This document shows positions 1 through 15,112 of a stretch of 42,409 nt of DNA, piece by piece. The stretch spans positions 1 to 42,409 of the forward strand of contig CBFFRP010000131.1 in the NCBI GenBank assembly GCA_965644295.1. Reading direction: 5' to 3'. The notes below the pieces were generated by a model. It was given only the letters and a program-made list of their open reading frames with translations, was not told where the DNA came from and searched no databases. Source of the stretch: Paraphysomonas bandaiensis (Eukaryota; Protista; Chrysophyceae). The translations under genes were made by a program, and so were the position numbers. Position 1 is the first letter of the stretch. Every line of letters begins with the position of its first letter.

Positions 1-1103
1 CTACTAGTAATTCATAATTATCTAACCCATGACTAGTTAGTCGGTATCACTTTCGTTTAGAACTGTGACGTGACCCAAGTAAACTTGTCTACTCTACCCC
101 TACTTACTAAAGTTCTTTTGAGTAATTCTAAACTCAATCAGGTTACATTTTACTTCTATCTAAGTACTGACGACTTATTAGATATTTTAAAGCATTTATA
201 ACTACACTAATATCTGACTTTGAAAACAGTGATATCAACAAGCATTAGTCCTGAACTTGCGTCCCCTATATTTTGACCCATTTCGTGTCTTTACAAGATA
301 TGAATTGTCTACGAAAAAATAATCGAATTTTACGAAATATTAAATATTACAGTTATTATATTTACTCGAAAATATTGAGAATCATGGGTCATTAATTGGC
401 TCGGGAAAAGCGCAAACTAGAATATGCAGAGAAAACATAATTATCAACAACACAGATATTTCTTTTCTTAGAATCAAAATGAGTTTGGATAATAGCCCCT
501 TCTTGTTCGTAATTCAGCCAGTAAGAAACTCCGCTCTTAAATATCCTAACTTAGACTAAGCGGATTTATCGCATATAGTAGAGAGGTCTAAGTCCACCGT
601 ACTACATTTGATACTGGGAGCGCATTGTATGGTTCCTTCAGCCTTCAGTGATACAGTAAAATGAAAAGGTGGGCTTGCCCTTAGCGGAGAGTTGTTCTGA
701 AGCAGACACACCAGAACTGAACACATACACGTGACTCGATGAAACAGTTGCGAGTAGAAATCAGTTTCTTTGATATGCGTTTCTCGTTCGTTCACACACG
801 ACTGACCGCCAGATTCAAAGTAGCGGTCGGGTTCAGATTATGAAGTAAGCAGACTCTCTCTGACTCTGCGGTTTCATCGATTCGCTCGTTACATACACAC
901 TTCTAAAGGCCTCCTTTGAGAGGCTCTCTATCAGAGAGTGGAGTGCTGTGTACAGTGAGAGCAGCTTCTCAATAGCTTCATCAACTGGCTCTCTTTGTCA
1001 CTGGATATATACTGATGTGACCCACCACTCCATGAGCTCACAGTGCAGCCCATCACACAACTCATCAGCTCACGACATCGACGTATGCAATCAGAGACAC
1101 TGG

Positions 1104-1473
1104 GGGTGGTTTGTTCATCGTTTATTTCATTGAAAAGTCATCGTTTTTTCATTAAAAAGTCACTTTTCACTGAAAAAACGTTGATTTTTAGATGAAATAA
1201 ACGATGAACAAATCGATGAAATCGATATGCACAACCACCCGTGATCGGCAACAAGCGAGCTGGTTGCGCTTTTTATAAATAAGTGCGCTTTTTTGGTGTG
1301 CCCGACCACCAAAAAATGAAAAGCGTGCTTATCCATGCCCAGATAAGCATCAAAACCCGCTTTTATTTGAAAAGCGCGCTGGTTGTCGACCACAGCACTC
1401 TGGCATGAAAATCCCTGATTTTGAAGGAAACCCCCTGTTTTGTTTTGTTTCAGGAATTTTCTAGATTTTCATG
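1104..1473. repeat. Three adjacent foldback/MITE-like inverted-repeat elements (about 1104-1240, 1241-1393, 1404-1473)
   Basis: Perfect 21-bp IR TTTGTTCATCGTTTATTTCAT (1110-1130) / ATGAAATAAACGATGAACAAA (1192-1212) with further internal pairing; GTGATCGGCAACAAGCG (1241-1257) pairs 14/17 with 1377-1393; CATGAAAATC (1404-1413) / GATTTTCATG (1464-1473). Confidence 0.65.
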
Positions 1474-1625
1474 TTTGATGTCTGGATTTTTCAGTTGAAG
1501 TACAGTGATAAGATCCACTCCTGCGTAACGAACGGATGGATGCAACCTCAACAATCTTGCAATCCATAACAGTTATAAGTTTTAAAGGGTAAATAGACGT
1601 ATACAACGTTGAAGAAAGTGTTGAC

Positions 1626-2593
1626 ATGGACAAGCTATTCCATTTATGTCAGAAAGCTGAAAAAGTATGGCCCGACTGTACGGGTGATCCTGAGAAGATT
1701 GCAAAAGAAGTTACTCGCAAAAGAGACGTGGACGAAATTAATGAAATGCTTACCGTTTACACTGAAACTATGGAATTATTGAAGGACAACTACCCTAAAT
1801 GGGAAGTATCAGACAGGATGGACTGGGCTATAGCGAGAGGTGTGTCTTCTAATTTATTATATACCTGAGTTTAACTGTGTTGCAGCAATGTCTCCTGAGG
1901 TAACCTTCTTACATGATTGAAGAGTATACGAACTAACTTTTTTGTGTTATGGGTACAGTGGTTTGGTGAAGAGCTTACGACAAGGTATTGATTGGTATCT
2001 ATAAACAAAAGCGAATCTTTTAACGTGTGCTTAGGATTAATAACACGATGCTTGTCAGCGCACTTCTTATTACAGTGACATCAGCTTCATTGTTCTCCCC
2101 TCCTCAATACGATCACGTTGATGAATTGCAAAAAACCAATTATGGTTTACGTGTTTACTTCTTCGTGAATGGTATTGCTAACCTACTTTTTATAATATCC
2201 ATAATCAGCGGTGTATGCTTTGTTGAAAATGCGATGAGCAGGGCTTATTGCGAGTACGACAAATTCATTCTGATTATTGATATGTATTCATACAAAAATC
2301 TTTCGCAGTACACTGCTATTATTGGTGCATTTTTCTTTGTTGCGTCATTGTTCTTATCTATTTGGAAGACATATTACCAATTGGACTGTATCGTGTATAC
2401 TGTCATTGGGGCAGTGTCCATGATTTATTTGTTGTATATCCAATTACTCTCGATAAATTTGGCTGCAATTAGACAACAGGTGAGACTTAATGAATTCAAA
2501 AAATTGGTGGTTCAAGATACAGGATGTTTGAAAAAAGAATACAACCCGCTTTGTATTTCAAAAGAGAAAGAGGCCGCAGTCGAAGCGAAGTAG
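1626..2593 (+). CDS. Multi-pass membrane protein with a PGG-domain-like 4-TM region (4 exons)
   Basis: ORFs 1626-1868 and 2027-2593 join in frame through three GT-AG introns (1840-1885, 1900-1958 and one starting near 1985), giving ...WAIARAMSPEWFGEELTTRINNTMLVSALLITVTSASLFSPP... This resembles the PGG-domain start (NTLLVVATLIATVTF..F.PPGG) and is followed by three more hydrophobic helices. Confidence 0.7.
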
Positions 2594-3887
2594 TAGTATA
2601 ATCGTGAAGGTATTTTTTGGAAAGCGAATTTATGGCGTTCATTTCTTTTGTACTTTTGTACTGTGTATAATACATAGCATAGCTTTATTGCAATTTGAAA
2701 TTAGTCTCTGCTTCAGTATTCGCTAATATATTTGACCCAACTGAATTTAACTGAAGTTCCTACTATACTAAAGGCTGATCCTACTAATTTTTTCAGACAT
2801 TCCTACTACGTTGAAAGTTTTATTCAATTCTACTACTATTTAAATACTTTTCAGCTGCCGTTTATAGTTTAGTTTTTAGTAGCATATATGCATAGTCTCT
2901 ATTGGATATTGTGGTACACGTCGATATAAGAAACATACAAGTTGGATGAAATAATAGTTGGAAAGCTTTCTTCTGTACCTAACACTAACAGTTGCAGTGG
3001 TGGTTTATGCCATAAGCTAAACATGCAATCCTGGGTAAATCAGATGTGGTGCATGTTGAAGGGTTTTAGTTACACTACATGACGGTAAATACAATAGTTA
3101 TTATTGACAACATCTCTTTTAAATAGACCTAAACGGCATAAGAAAACATAAAGGGAAATGTGATATCTGTCATAGCCTGGATCAACAGTGTGAATAGACC
3201 CAGAGACGGACTTCTATCCAACTTCTATCAATATAATGAGAGTCAGCTCACAGCAAACTCACAATCCATTACCAGAATTGACACAACCACTTTGATATAC
3301 AGTCAAGAGAACACTTCTCGCCATAACGTTGCTATACACCACCAATCCTGCTATGTCTGTTGACATGCACGCTATTCTAACCAACTGAGAGCTCAGATTC
3401 CACTCCGCTTTCATGTGCAGTGTGTCAAGAGTAGCAGTTCGAGTTCATGTTCTGTGCGACTGCAGCAACATCTCGATCTTATTTACTACATCGTTCGTAT
3501 CATTCTCATGATGCATGATGATGATGCATGATGAAATATCGCTCCTCTGCTCTGCTCTGTTGTTGCTTGGATGCTGTATGTATTGGTCTCTACAGTACAT
3601 GGAACTGAAAGTGTAGCATCTCTAGAAGATACTCGTACACCATGCCCTCATAAGTACAGCATGATAGAGCAGCAGGATTGTGACAAGTGGAAGTATGAGC
3701 CTGCTGTACTGTACGTTGAGCGATGATGTGGAATACCAGGAATACTTCACGGTATACAGAGAGATCAGAACAGAGCTGCTGTACAGCAGTACTCTGTATG
3801 TAAATCACGTAGAGCTGCAGCTACAATAGAGTACATACAGCAGTATGTATATGTATATGTATGTATGTATATGGCGATCTATCGTAC

Positions 3888-4070
3888 AGCACAGCACGGC
3901 ACAGTCCAGTGCATGCCTTCTAACTGAATCCATACACTCCTCACACATTCATTCACACTCACACTGTAACTCATCGTTATTCATTGATTGCACATAGCTC
4001 TCACCTTATAATACAGTAGGCGTTAAGTGATTGTAGCTCCTTTACTTCTTAGTTTACCACTATATATATA
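3888..4070 (+). repeat. Direct repeat copy 1: upstream/5'UTR region of the 4090 gene
   Basis: High identity with 5748-5920, e.g. the shared blocks CTTCTAACTGAATCCATA, CACACTGTAACTCATCGTTATTCATTGATTGC and TTATAATACAGTAGGCGTTAAGTGATT. Confidence 0.9.
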
Positions 4071-4089
4071 CTTTAACTGATACCTATAG

Positions 4090-4815
4090 ATGATGCTCAA
4101 TTCCAAGTCGGTTGCTGTTGCACTGTTTATGTGTATCGCTCTATCATTTGCTGCCAGACTTCCTGGTGAATGCTATGGGAAATGTAATGCATTGAAGAGA
4201 GAAGTCTTGACGCTTGCGATGTGCAGGTAAACACACGACTGTCTGTTGTGTCTCTAATTGTTACGTTGTGATGTGTACAGAGATGCAAAGAAAGTTCTTC
4301 CTCGACCCAAAGTGGGAGATTTTTGTACCCGAGCAATGGAAGATGGATTTAAGGATGCATGCTACGCTTTGTGTCAGGAGGTAAAACCTGTGCCGAGGGT
4401 TGCTCAATCATGTCGCGCTGCTGCAGTGGAATTGCCCCGTCCAACTATCCGAAAATGGTGCGAACATGGATATAGGGAAGGATATCGGGCTACTACTGAG
4501 GCTCTCAAGACTTATTTCCAGGAGCCGGAGGAGACCCCTCTGGAGCCTGAAGTGGTCGAGCCCGCACATTCTGAGCCAGAGGCTGAAACAGTATCCCAGC
4601 ATGAGTCGGAACCAGATATAGAGGCCGAAAGTGACCTTCCCGTAATTCAAGCAATCGAAATATCACTCGACGAAGAGACCAAGAACCTGCTTGTTCACGA
4701 GGGCCAGAGTGCCGAAGAAGCTGTTGCCGAGTTCTGCGAGAAGTATATGTCAGATGACGTTGCCGGCTGCATACGCCAGGTCCTGCCTGCTGTTTTGGAG
4801 CGGATGGAAGAGTAA
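4090..4815 (+). CDS. Secreted cysteine-rich protein of unknown function (2 exons, intron 4227-4280)
   Basis: ATG 4090 gives signal-peptide-like MMLNSKSVAVALFMCIALSFAA. The GT-AG intron joins it in frame to ORF 4258-4815. It has two C...LPRP...C...G repeats, a Glu/Pro linker and a small C-terminal domain (LLVHEGQSAEEAVAEFCEKY). Confidence 0.8.
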
Positions 4816-5747
4816 TGTTAGCACTATCAGGCCACATTGTGTGAGAAATGGTTTGTGGTTAATGTAAGGCAGTAGAAGTGCTTGGATACGATTGATGGAT
4901 GAAATTGAATGTCACAATGATTTCCTGGATGTACTGGTTTAGCAGATAAGTTGTAAAGATTCTTTCAGCAGTCTGGCCTTCTGTATTATGTCGTATTTCA
5001 TTGTACATTTGTATTACATATTACTTATTGCACCATCTCAAGAAACTGTCGGGGGAAAGGAAAAGTTTTAGCACCATAAACCTCACTATAACCGCGACGA
5101 AGTTGCACTCCTCGTTTTACTGTTGTCAATGTAGAATGTAGTACCCCCTTAGAAATTGGCCTGGTTCTACACGTAAACAGTAAACTAACCTTGTTGCACA
5201 TTTCCTACTTCCAAGAAAGAATTATAACTATTAATCTAAACACTTCACAACATATTCATGTAACACCTGTTCTCAGAAGAATCTGTTTATTATATGTTCA
5301 CCACCCAATCCTATCTGCAATCTACACATACAGCAGTAATATCTATATTTTTACATTATGTCTTAGTCTTATATAGAGTATAAACTATAGACTGGCATCA
5401 GTAACTCAATAACTGAATTCACTTTCTTTGTATCTATATTCACCCCCTTACAACTATACGTTGGTTTTACCTCCAGGGCTGCGTACAACTACGACAGCGC
5501 ATATACTCAATACAGGCCTGACATGGGACAAATCCTTCAGCAATGGTAGGAATAGGGCTTAAACGAAATTTGGACTTGACCTGAACAAAAAGCCAGATGC
5601 TCTGACTCTGGCGTCCGTCTTGACTCTCTCAAGCATATGTGTCTTGATTGTCCATATATGCCTCCATCTCTCAGAAACGAGAATCCGCCTTTCAGAGACA
5701 CAAGGAGTGTGTTCGGGAACTCCAATGAGACCCGACCCTACCCCCCA

Positions 5748-5920
5748 CCACAGCATAGCACAGCGCATGTCTTCTAACTGAATCCATAAACTGGATCACG
5801 CATTCATTCACACTGTAACTCATCGTTATTCATTGATTGCGTATAGCTCTCGCTCTTATAATACAGTAGGCGTTAAGTGATTATAGCTCCTTTACTTCTT
5901 AGTTTACTACTATATATATA
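5748..5920 (+). repeat. Direct repeat copy 2: orphan copy of the 4090-gene upstream region
   Basis: Matches 3888-4070 up to CTATATATATA, then diverges; no copy of the coding sequence follows. Confidence 0.9.
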
Positions 5921-6282
5921 AATGGAGTGCTACCATTTTTAAGAAACTCTCCAGCAGAGTGTGGAATACCTCACTCCTGCAGGTTGAACGATTCTAGACA
6001 AGAACTATCGCCAAGGCTAAACTAGAAAGTGTTTCTGGAGCACAATACAACTACACTTTAAATTCGCGTGGATTTCGTGCCCTGGAATTAGCAGTTGTTA
6101 CCCTTCAATCGCTTTACGCTGTAGCCAAATAATTTCTCCAAAATTGCAGTTGTCGTCATGTTATCGCACCTCTAAGGGACCACATTGACTTCCCCCAGGC
6201 CGCATCAAACACGTGGGCTCTTCTGTACATCAAGGACTCACGTCCATAGATTTTTTCTCCCTCACACACAATAACGGAAGTG

Positions 6283-6505
6283 GTCAGGTATATCACGGCG
6301 TTTGCTTTGAGTGATAGAGCGGAGGTGGTCGCACCTTGGTGCTTGCGGCGACGCACAAGCAGCTGCTGTAGAGTTACTTATATATAGTAGGATATGAGAA
6401 TTTGTACTAGTTAGTTACAGGTAAAAGTTGATCTAGCTTGCGTAGTATTCATCTAACTACACTGAGCTGGTGATGCTCTTCTTGACGCCAAATAATAAGA
6501 CTTTC
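6283..6505 (+). repeat. Dispersed repeat family fragment A (probable degenerate transposon)
   Basis: Aligns to the reverse complement of about 24659-24898 (GCGTTTGCTTTGAG, ACCTTGGTGCTT, GGCGACG.ACAAGCAGC, AATAATAAGACTTTC) and overlaps 22800-22850. Confidence 0.8.
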
Positions 6506-8234
6506 TCTCTGTTGGTTCTACCTACAACACATACTATTAATATACTTCAATTGCACAAATATAAGTAATAAGTATTCTACAGCAAAACTCAAAATAATAT
6601 AATATTTCTTTGATATCAATGGGCAAATATATTTGTGAGATATAGTAGTATTTCAATATATATCGTTTCTAGTCCTGAGGTATACGCCATGAACCTTATC
6701 AATATATATAGCTAAGAAATAACTCCTTACAACAAATTACGATATTAGCCTCGTCAAAATATCAATAGCTCAAACCCCAAACTAATAATCTTTTGTTTAA
6801 ACCTAGTCGTCAACTCTACCCGTATAAAATTATGCTACGTAATAAGAATAAAGAGCTCATAGTTTGAAGAGGACACCATTTCAGCCTGCAGAGACTAGAC
6901 ATTCAGCAATTAACAAAGACCGGTGATAATAGAATGGAAAGAGGACCGACCCCACTCCGAAACTACTCCGGCTACTCCGAGCAACATCCACTCCTAGAAT
7001 CATACCCCCCACTCGAACCCGACCCCAGCCCAGGCCTGCACATCCACTCCGGAAACAACTACTACTTCCCATAGACAGCACTCCTAACACAAGGACTAGC
7101 AGACATTCCGTAACCGACCTACACTCCCACTTACATGTCATTCACTCCACTCCTCAAGTAACGTGCGGCACTGGAACGCCAGAAACACTGCCCAAAGGTA
7201 GACCTCCGGACTAACTCCAATACAAGGGATGGTTGCACCAAGTGTTCTTGCAGCAATGCACAAGCAGTCCCGAGATGGTTGAAGAATTTAGTAAATAGCG
7301 ACTCATATTATTAAGTCCATAGCTACATTACAAATTCTAGATACAACCGTTCTCATGTAATAATCAGACATTTCTATATAGAATGGAAAGAGATATTTGA
7401 CATAAGCAGGAGTCTATTATAAAACTCGTCGTTGTTGAACTCAACTTGATAATGATTTTGTTTATGATGAGTTCGTTATCTCGTTACCGAGGTAGAAAAC
7501 TGAACCATTTGACTATGATGAATAATATATTCCGTAATATTATGTTAAATATAATGTGTTTTAGTAAAGTTTTAGAATTTGTTCCTAAAACAAGTTGCAC
7601 AATGCTGCTTTCAGTGGTGCACGAACACCACAGGAGTTTGCAAGTAAGGCATAATATTACTTATTGAATATTGATTCATCTACAAAGCTGACTTTTTAAA
7701 GACATGAATAAAGAATATACAATATAAATTAAGCTGTATCATTTACGTTCAAAAGTTAATAGTAGTAGGTTAATTTCGATGTAAACACAATTGTCATCAG
7801 ACTACGAATATTACAATAATAGAGTATTTTAAGTGATATGCATGTATTTATTTATCGTAATGTAGTATTTCGTTGTAGTTATAAGCCAGTAGTTAATTAT
7901 TAGCACAAAAGATTAACAGTGCAACTTCCGTAAGGCCTGATTACTGATTAAAGCGCGAAAAAAACGAATTCTATGCACTAATTAGCGATTTATTAGTTGA
8001 GGTCTAGGATAAAGCAAAACTGCGTTTGATAGTAATTATTCATTACGATCTTGCCTTACAGAAAAAATTGTATAAATCATCCTTAGTACACACGGGAATT
8101 ACCTGTAACAACAGGTACTTATGGAAAAAGCTGATACATGAAACTATACCACCGCAACTATTGGCAATGATGCTGCACCCTATTAACATACACTGTGTTT
8201 TATAATATACGTATGCCCTGGTCAGAGACAGTGA

Positions 8235-10247
<2,013 letters not shown>

Positions 10248-10670
10248 GATCTTGTAGTTGATGTGTGTTGACTGATATCTTAATCAGATATATGTGTGTT
10301 ATGTATAGAGTTAACTGTAAGCAGACAGATACACAGATCTCATAACGATACAGTCATCTTTGATATCAGCCGTACAATGAGATCATCTACTGAAACTGAC
10401 AGTCAATGAAATATACTCATTAAATGACACTACTTGACATGAACTGAATCCTTATTCATATGAGTGACCACTAGCTAACTATACATACATGCGCACAAGT
10501 CCTCTCAGAACCCTCCCAGTTAAGTGGACATCACAAAGGCTGAAAATTTCCATCAAAGTTTCACTTTTTTCTTCATTTTTCAGTATATTTATTCTGTATC
10601 CCTTGAAGATCGCTGCAGGTGGTGATGATGTCCGAATGAAGGTGGTTTACCAGAGATTTTTTTTTGTCAG

Positions 10671-10804
10671 AAAAAAGATGTAAAAATGAATTATTTGCCT
10701 ATAAAATCGAGCGAATTTTTCACTCTGACAATAATAAAAAAGATGTAAAAATGAATAATTTGCCCATAAAATCAAGCGAATTCTTCACTGTGCCTGACAA
10801 TAAT
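10671..10804. repeat. Two-copy tandem repeat of about 65 bp in the divergent kinase/PH intergenic region
   Basis: AAAAAAGATGTAAAAATGAAT.ATTTGCC.ATAAAATC.AGCGAATT.TTCACT...CTGACAATAAT occurs twice in tandem. Confidence 0.9.
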
Positions 10805-10877
10805 ATCGTACAGTGTTAACCTGCCTACTTAAGGGAGATCTTGTCTTGAACGGTTCTTTACCAAAGAGTGCTCGAAC

Positions 10878-11356
10878 ATGCAGCGCCCTCAATATGTTGA
10901 TAGAACAACAGGACAAGTATATGATACTTCGAAAGCTAATTTTGAGGGATGGCTCACTAAGCAGTCAGTGTGGCTAAAAGACTGGAGACGACGGTATGTT
11001 TACTTGTTCATAGCAGTGGATTATAGTGTTAATCAGTGTATGTTAGATATTTTATCCTGAAAGGATCAAAGTTATTCTTTTCTAAAAATGAATCTTGCAC
11101 TCCTCATGGTATGATTGATCTCAGCGCCTGTATGACTGTAAAGTCTGCTGAATTAAAAGCCGGAAAGAGAAACGCAATCGAGGTATCAACGGCTGATACT
11201 ACTTTTTTTATGTTCGCCGATACAGAAAAGGAAAAGGACGAGTGGATTGGTGCCATTGGAAGAGCAATTGTTCAAGCATCAGCTACATTTACGAATGACG
11301 ACGATGTTGACCCAGATAATAATAGCGATGATGAATCCGAGGAATACGAATACTAG
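10878..11356 (+). CDS. Small pleckstrin-homology (PH) domain protein (intron 10994-11046)
   Basis: FEGWLTKQSVWLKDWRRRYFILKGSKLFF...PHGMIDL...FMFADTEKEKDEWIGAI is a canonical PH domain; acidic tail follows. Confidence 0.92.
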
Positions 11357-12746
11357 TTAGAAATTAAGATCTATGTAATGCTTTTCCCCATATTGTTAGA
11401 TAGCTTCAATTAAGTGTGCTTCATTACGAATTATAACTGTGGTTGGAACTGGATGCCATGCGTGCCAACAATTTTCCTATTTTTTGCATGTTGGCGACCA
11501 TTATTAATAAAGCTGTCATGTTAGCGAATTGGTCGAACAAACATATATTATATATGGAACGTTAAATGTTTCTTATCGCTAAACAAATTTTAACTGCATG
11601 GCGATGCTTTCAACTCAAGACTGAGGGGGTTTGGCCGATTGTGTCATGATATCCATTATCCATTTCAGCTGCATTAGAGAGATAACATGTATAATAGTGT
11701 CAGATATATACTTTGGGGTCGCAATGCTGTACGCACTCACATGAAATGAATCTATCGCATTCTTTGCCAGTTTTTGAACAATTAATTTAGGCTTCCAAGT
11801 TCCTATATCCAAGATAAATACTGATGCCTTTATTGCATGGAATACTCTCTTTCAGGACTGGAAACAGCAGTTAAGATCCTCACTCACGGCGTAATAATGA
11901 TGCTTACAAACAACAAAGTCAGTCATGCTACCAACTCAATCGTGTGAATGCAAACTGCGTGTAACCCGTAACCCTTGTTGTCAAGCTATTTTCAATGCCG
12001 TGATCCCGATGTTACGGTCCAAGTTTAGTCAGTAACCATTCGTAGTTCACTATAGATATGTCCCTAGATATGGTTATCAGGGTACTACTAATCTCAAGTT
12101 TGCATTATCAGAATCTGACACGAGGTTCGAGTCCCGTATCATACATGTCTCTTTCCATGCAAACTCCAGATGTCAGTCTCACATTTTTGATAGGTATACT
12201 ACGACACGAACATACTTATGTCGGGGGCATCTAGTATGGTCCTCATAAGACAGTCTTATTTGAAGCCTAATGGTCTAAAGGATCTTACACCCGACGTCAT
12301 TAAGCATTGCGCATATCACTGTCTCATTGCTACAGGCATCCCTCAACCTTCCCGCTATGCATGCCAGTTACTGTTGTTGTTGTGTTAGATTTCGGCAATA
12401 CTCGATCAGAGATGTCTGTCTGTTAAGATATCCGACTGCAGTGGACTGGGCGGTACATACAATAGAGAGATCCAGCCAATCATACGACTGTATGACATAC
12501 AGTACGTAGTTTTCTTCGTATGTATTCTATCTTATATCAGCACATCAGTACTCTGGTACTGTCCATCTGTACACTAGACTAGCAGTACATCATCGTACTG
12601 ATGAGCTGACGTACTGCTGGACTGATGTGCATAACAGCAAGTACAACACTACATCAGTACATCAGCCCGAGTTAACAAGCATGTGGAACACTCAGCTCAG
12701 CAGTATCTCACATCAGACACATCGGAGTGGAGGATACATCAACCCC

Positions 12747-14930
12747 ATGAGAGAAACTGTAGCTGTTCAAATCGGTCAATGTGGCAATCAAATCGGCAAT
12801 CAGTTCTGGTCTACTCTATTGAAGGAGCATGAGACTGTAAGCGCTGTGCACATGTATGTATAACACTAACAGCATGCAGACACCAGACACTGACAGCTCA
12901 CTGTCATCATACTTTAGATTCGAGCAACAGAGGTGAGAATACATTAGTTAGATCTGTGTGGAGTAACTGATGTGTGTTGGGACAGGAATGGTCCGTCTGT
13001 TATGAAGGCCCGTGCATTGCTTATAGATATGGAGTGTGGACCGCTGCAAGAGACTATGAGAGGCCCTCTTGCTTCCCTCTTTGATGAAACTCAGTTTGTA
13101 ATGGATGTTTATGGGTCTGGTGAGCCGTTATGGTTTATTGCTGTTCGTTTTGTCATCTCGTGATAGGAAACAATTTTGCCCACGGCAACAGAGTATACGG
13201 GCCCCAGTATAGAGCTAGCTTTGAAGAGGGCCTACGCAAAAATGCCGAGCTTTGCGATTCTCTACAAACATTCGTAGTGACGCACTCTCTTGGTGGTGGT
13301 ACGGGTTCAGGTAATACACCGGGCGATCCTACCACATCATTTTGTCATTGACCTCATATAGGGGTCGGAACATACGTATTAAATCTACTCGAAGATATGT
13401 TTCCCGAGGTGTACCGTTTCGCCGTCTCAGTGTTTCCGTCAGAGGACAATGACGTAATTACCTCTCCATACAATTCAGTCTTGGCTACTAAAGAACTAAT
13501 TGACCATGCACACTGTGTTCTACCTATAGATAACCATGCACTTCAGTCCTTTGCTCGTTTAGAAAGAGAACAAAAAGCAAAAGCCTCGAAAAAACGAACT
13601 GCATATACTACTACTTCGTGTGACAGTGATAAGGGATTCGAAGAGATGAACGGTGTTGCAGCACGTATGCTGTGCAACCTTACAAGCTCGAGTCGATTTC
13701 ATGGTGACATGAATGTTGATATGAATGAAATATGTACCAACTTGGTGCCTTATCCTCGTCTACCCTTCCTGATGACTGCTCTTAGTCCTTATCGTGCCTC
13801 ATCAGCGACAGCATCGTCTATGGGTAAGCTCATTGTGGGATGAAATGTAGTACATTGTTATCTAATTCTATTCATGTTTTTTTTCAGCAACCGGAGGTGG
13901 GAAGAGCTCTAGTGCCTCTGTACCTAAGGTGACTGTTGTTACTACGACATTGAAATCATTGACACCGTGTCATCTTTAAACAGTAGACATTCTATGATAA
14001 ATTTTACTTGTCGTGATTATTGTAGTCACCCCACTTGCCTGTTCTCACGACGTTATAGGTGACATTGCAGCGGGCATTTGGGGATCTGCTTTCAGCAAAT
14101 GGACAGATTTCTGCTAGTGTTCCTTGTGGGGGTATGCTACTGATGTATATTATGAAACGTCTTGACTCATCGTTTTGCAGATGGTAGAACCACTCTGGCA
14201 TCCGCGTTTCTCGTGCGTGGCAAGGTGAAACTTGGCGACAAGTGTACTCGTGTACCTGTTAATCATATTATCTATACTCTATAGGTGCCCTTGTCAGACT
14301 TTTTAAAATGTGTTAGGTCTTCACAACGAAGTCTTAAGTTTCCTTCTTGGAACCCCGACGCTTGCAAGGTACGGTATCCCTCACACCATAACGAGCAGTT
14401 GAAATATATATGGACATGGTACATGACCAGTCATTTCCTAACCGTTTTTATGTATTAGATTGGTATGTGCTCTACCCCTCATCCAGGGGAGTCTTTCAGC
14501 GCTTTGGGGGTATTCAACAGGTTGAGTGTTTTTCCCTTTCGCGTTGACTGTTTCTCTCATGGTTGTTTGTTGTAAACTTAGCACGGCTTTTGGAACTGTA
14601 CTAACAAGAGAGAGGTCCAGATTTAACCAATTATTCAGGTATCAAGATCGATGTAAGTTTACAACAATATCTAACTGATTTGTGGTAGACGAAAAGCGAT
14701 GCTTCATCACTATACGGAGTTCCTGGAGGTGTGTGGCGATGATATTTTATGTTACGCGTTCATGTTTTAAACAAATTTACCAATTTTAGGAAGAGGATGT
14801 GGTACTTGCCCACGATACTGTATCGGAAGTGATAGACAACTATGTGTCTATTGATGATGGTTCATGGCGGTGCCATAAAGATTTTATGGATACTCGAGCA
14901 TTAACTGATAAACTTTTCCCTGACTTTTAG
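12747..14930 (+). CDS. TUBE1: Epsilon-tubulin, many short introns
   Basis: MRETVAVQIGQCGNQIG, KARALLIDME, GSGNNFAHG, CDSLQTF, HSLGGGTGSG, VFPSEDNDVITSPYNSVLA, RFHGDMNVDMNEICTNLVPYP and KAMLHHYTEF. The KARAxLIDME and FPSEDxDVITSPYN motifs are epsilon-type. Internal exon borders near 13850-14060 are uncertain. Confidence 0.88.
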
Positions 14931-15023
14931 TACTTTAGTAGAGTATAATGTACATATCTAATTTATTTCTATGTAAAACGTCGAGACTGCAACTTAACAG
15001 CGTAATGGATATGTATTATATTC

Positions 15024-15112
15024 CAGGGCCTGATAACCATTAATGGCCCATTAATGGTAGTCCAGTTCCCGGCAATTATAATGGTATTACCATTAATGGT
15101 TACCAGGCCCTG
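15024..15112. mobile_element. 89-bp hAT-type MITE
   Basis: TIRs CAGGGCCTGATAACCATTAATGG / CCATTAATGGTTACCAGGCCCTG; 8-bp flanks TTATATTC and TTATAATC (7/8 match, TSD). A solo end CAGGGCCTGATAA lies at about 15260. Confidence 0.8.

Noticed and set aside
400-1060. Protein-like minus-strand frames (e.g. DEAIEKLLSLYTALHSLIESL and ORF 556-795)
   Set aside because: Frames are broken by stops, with no convincing splice sites or recognisable motif; at most a decayed gene.
3525-3610. ATGATGA motifs resembling snoRNA C boxes
   Set aside because: They are part of an (ATG)n-like simple repeat, with no terminal stem or clear guide sequence.
6940-7220. C-rich stretch with recurring ACTCC
   Set aside because: No regular period, open frame or spacer structure; not CRISPR-like, probably decayed low-complexity or TE sequence.
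12060-12145. GGTTCGAGTCCC B-box/T-loop-like motif suggesting a tRNA or SINE
   Set aside because: The T-stem pairs poorly, and no acceptor or anticodon stems could be built.
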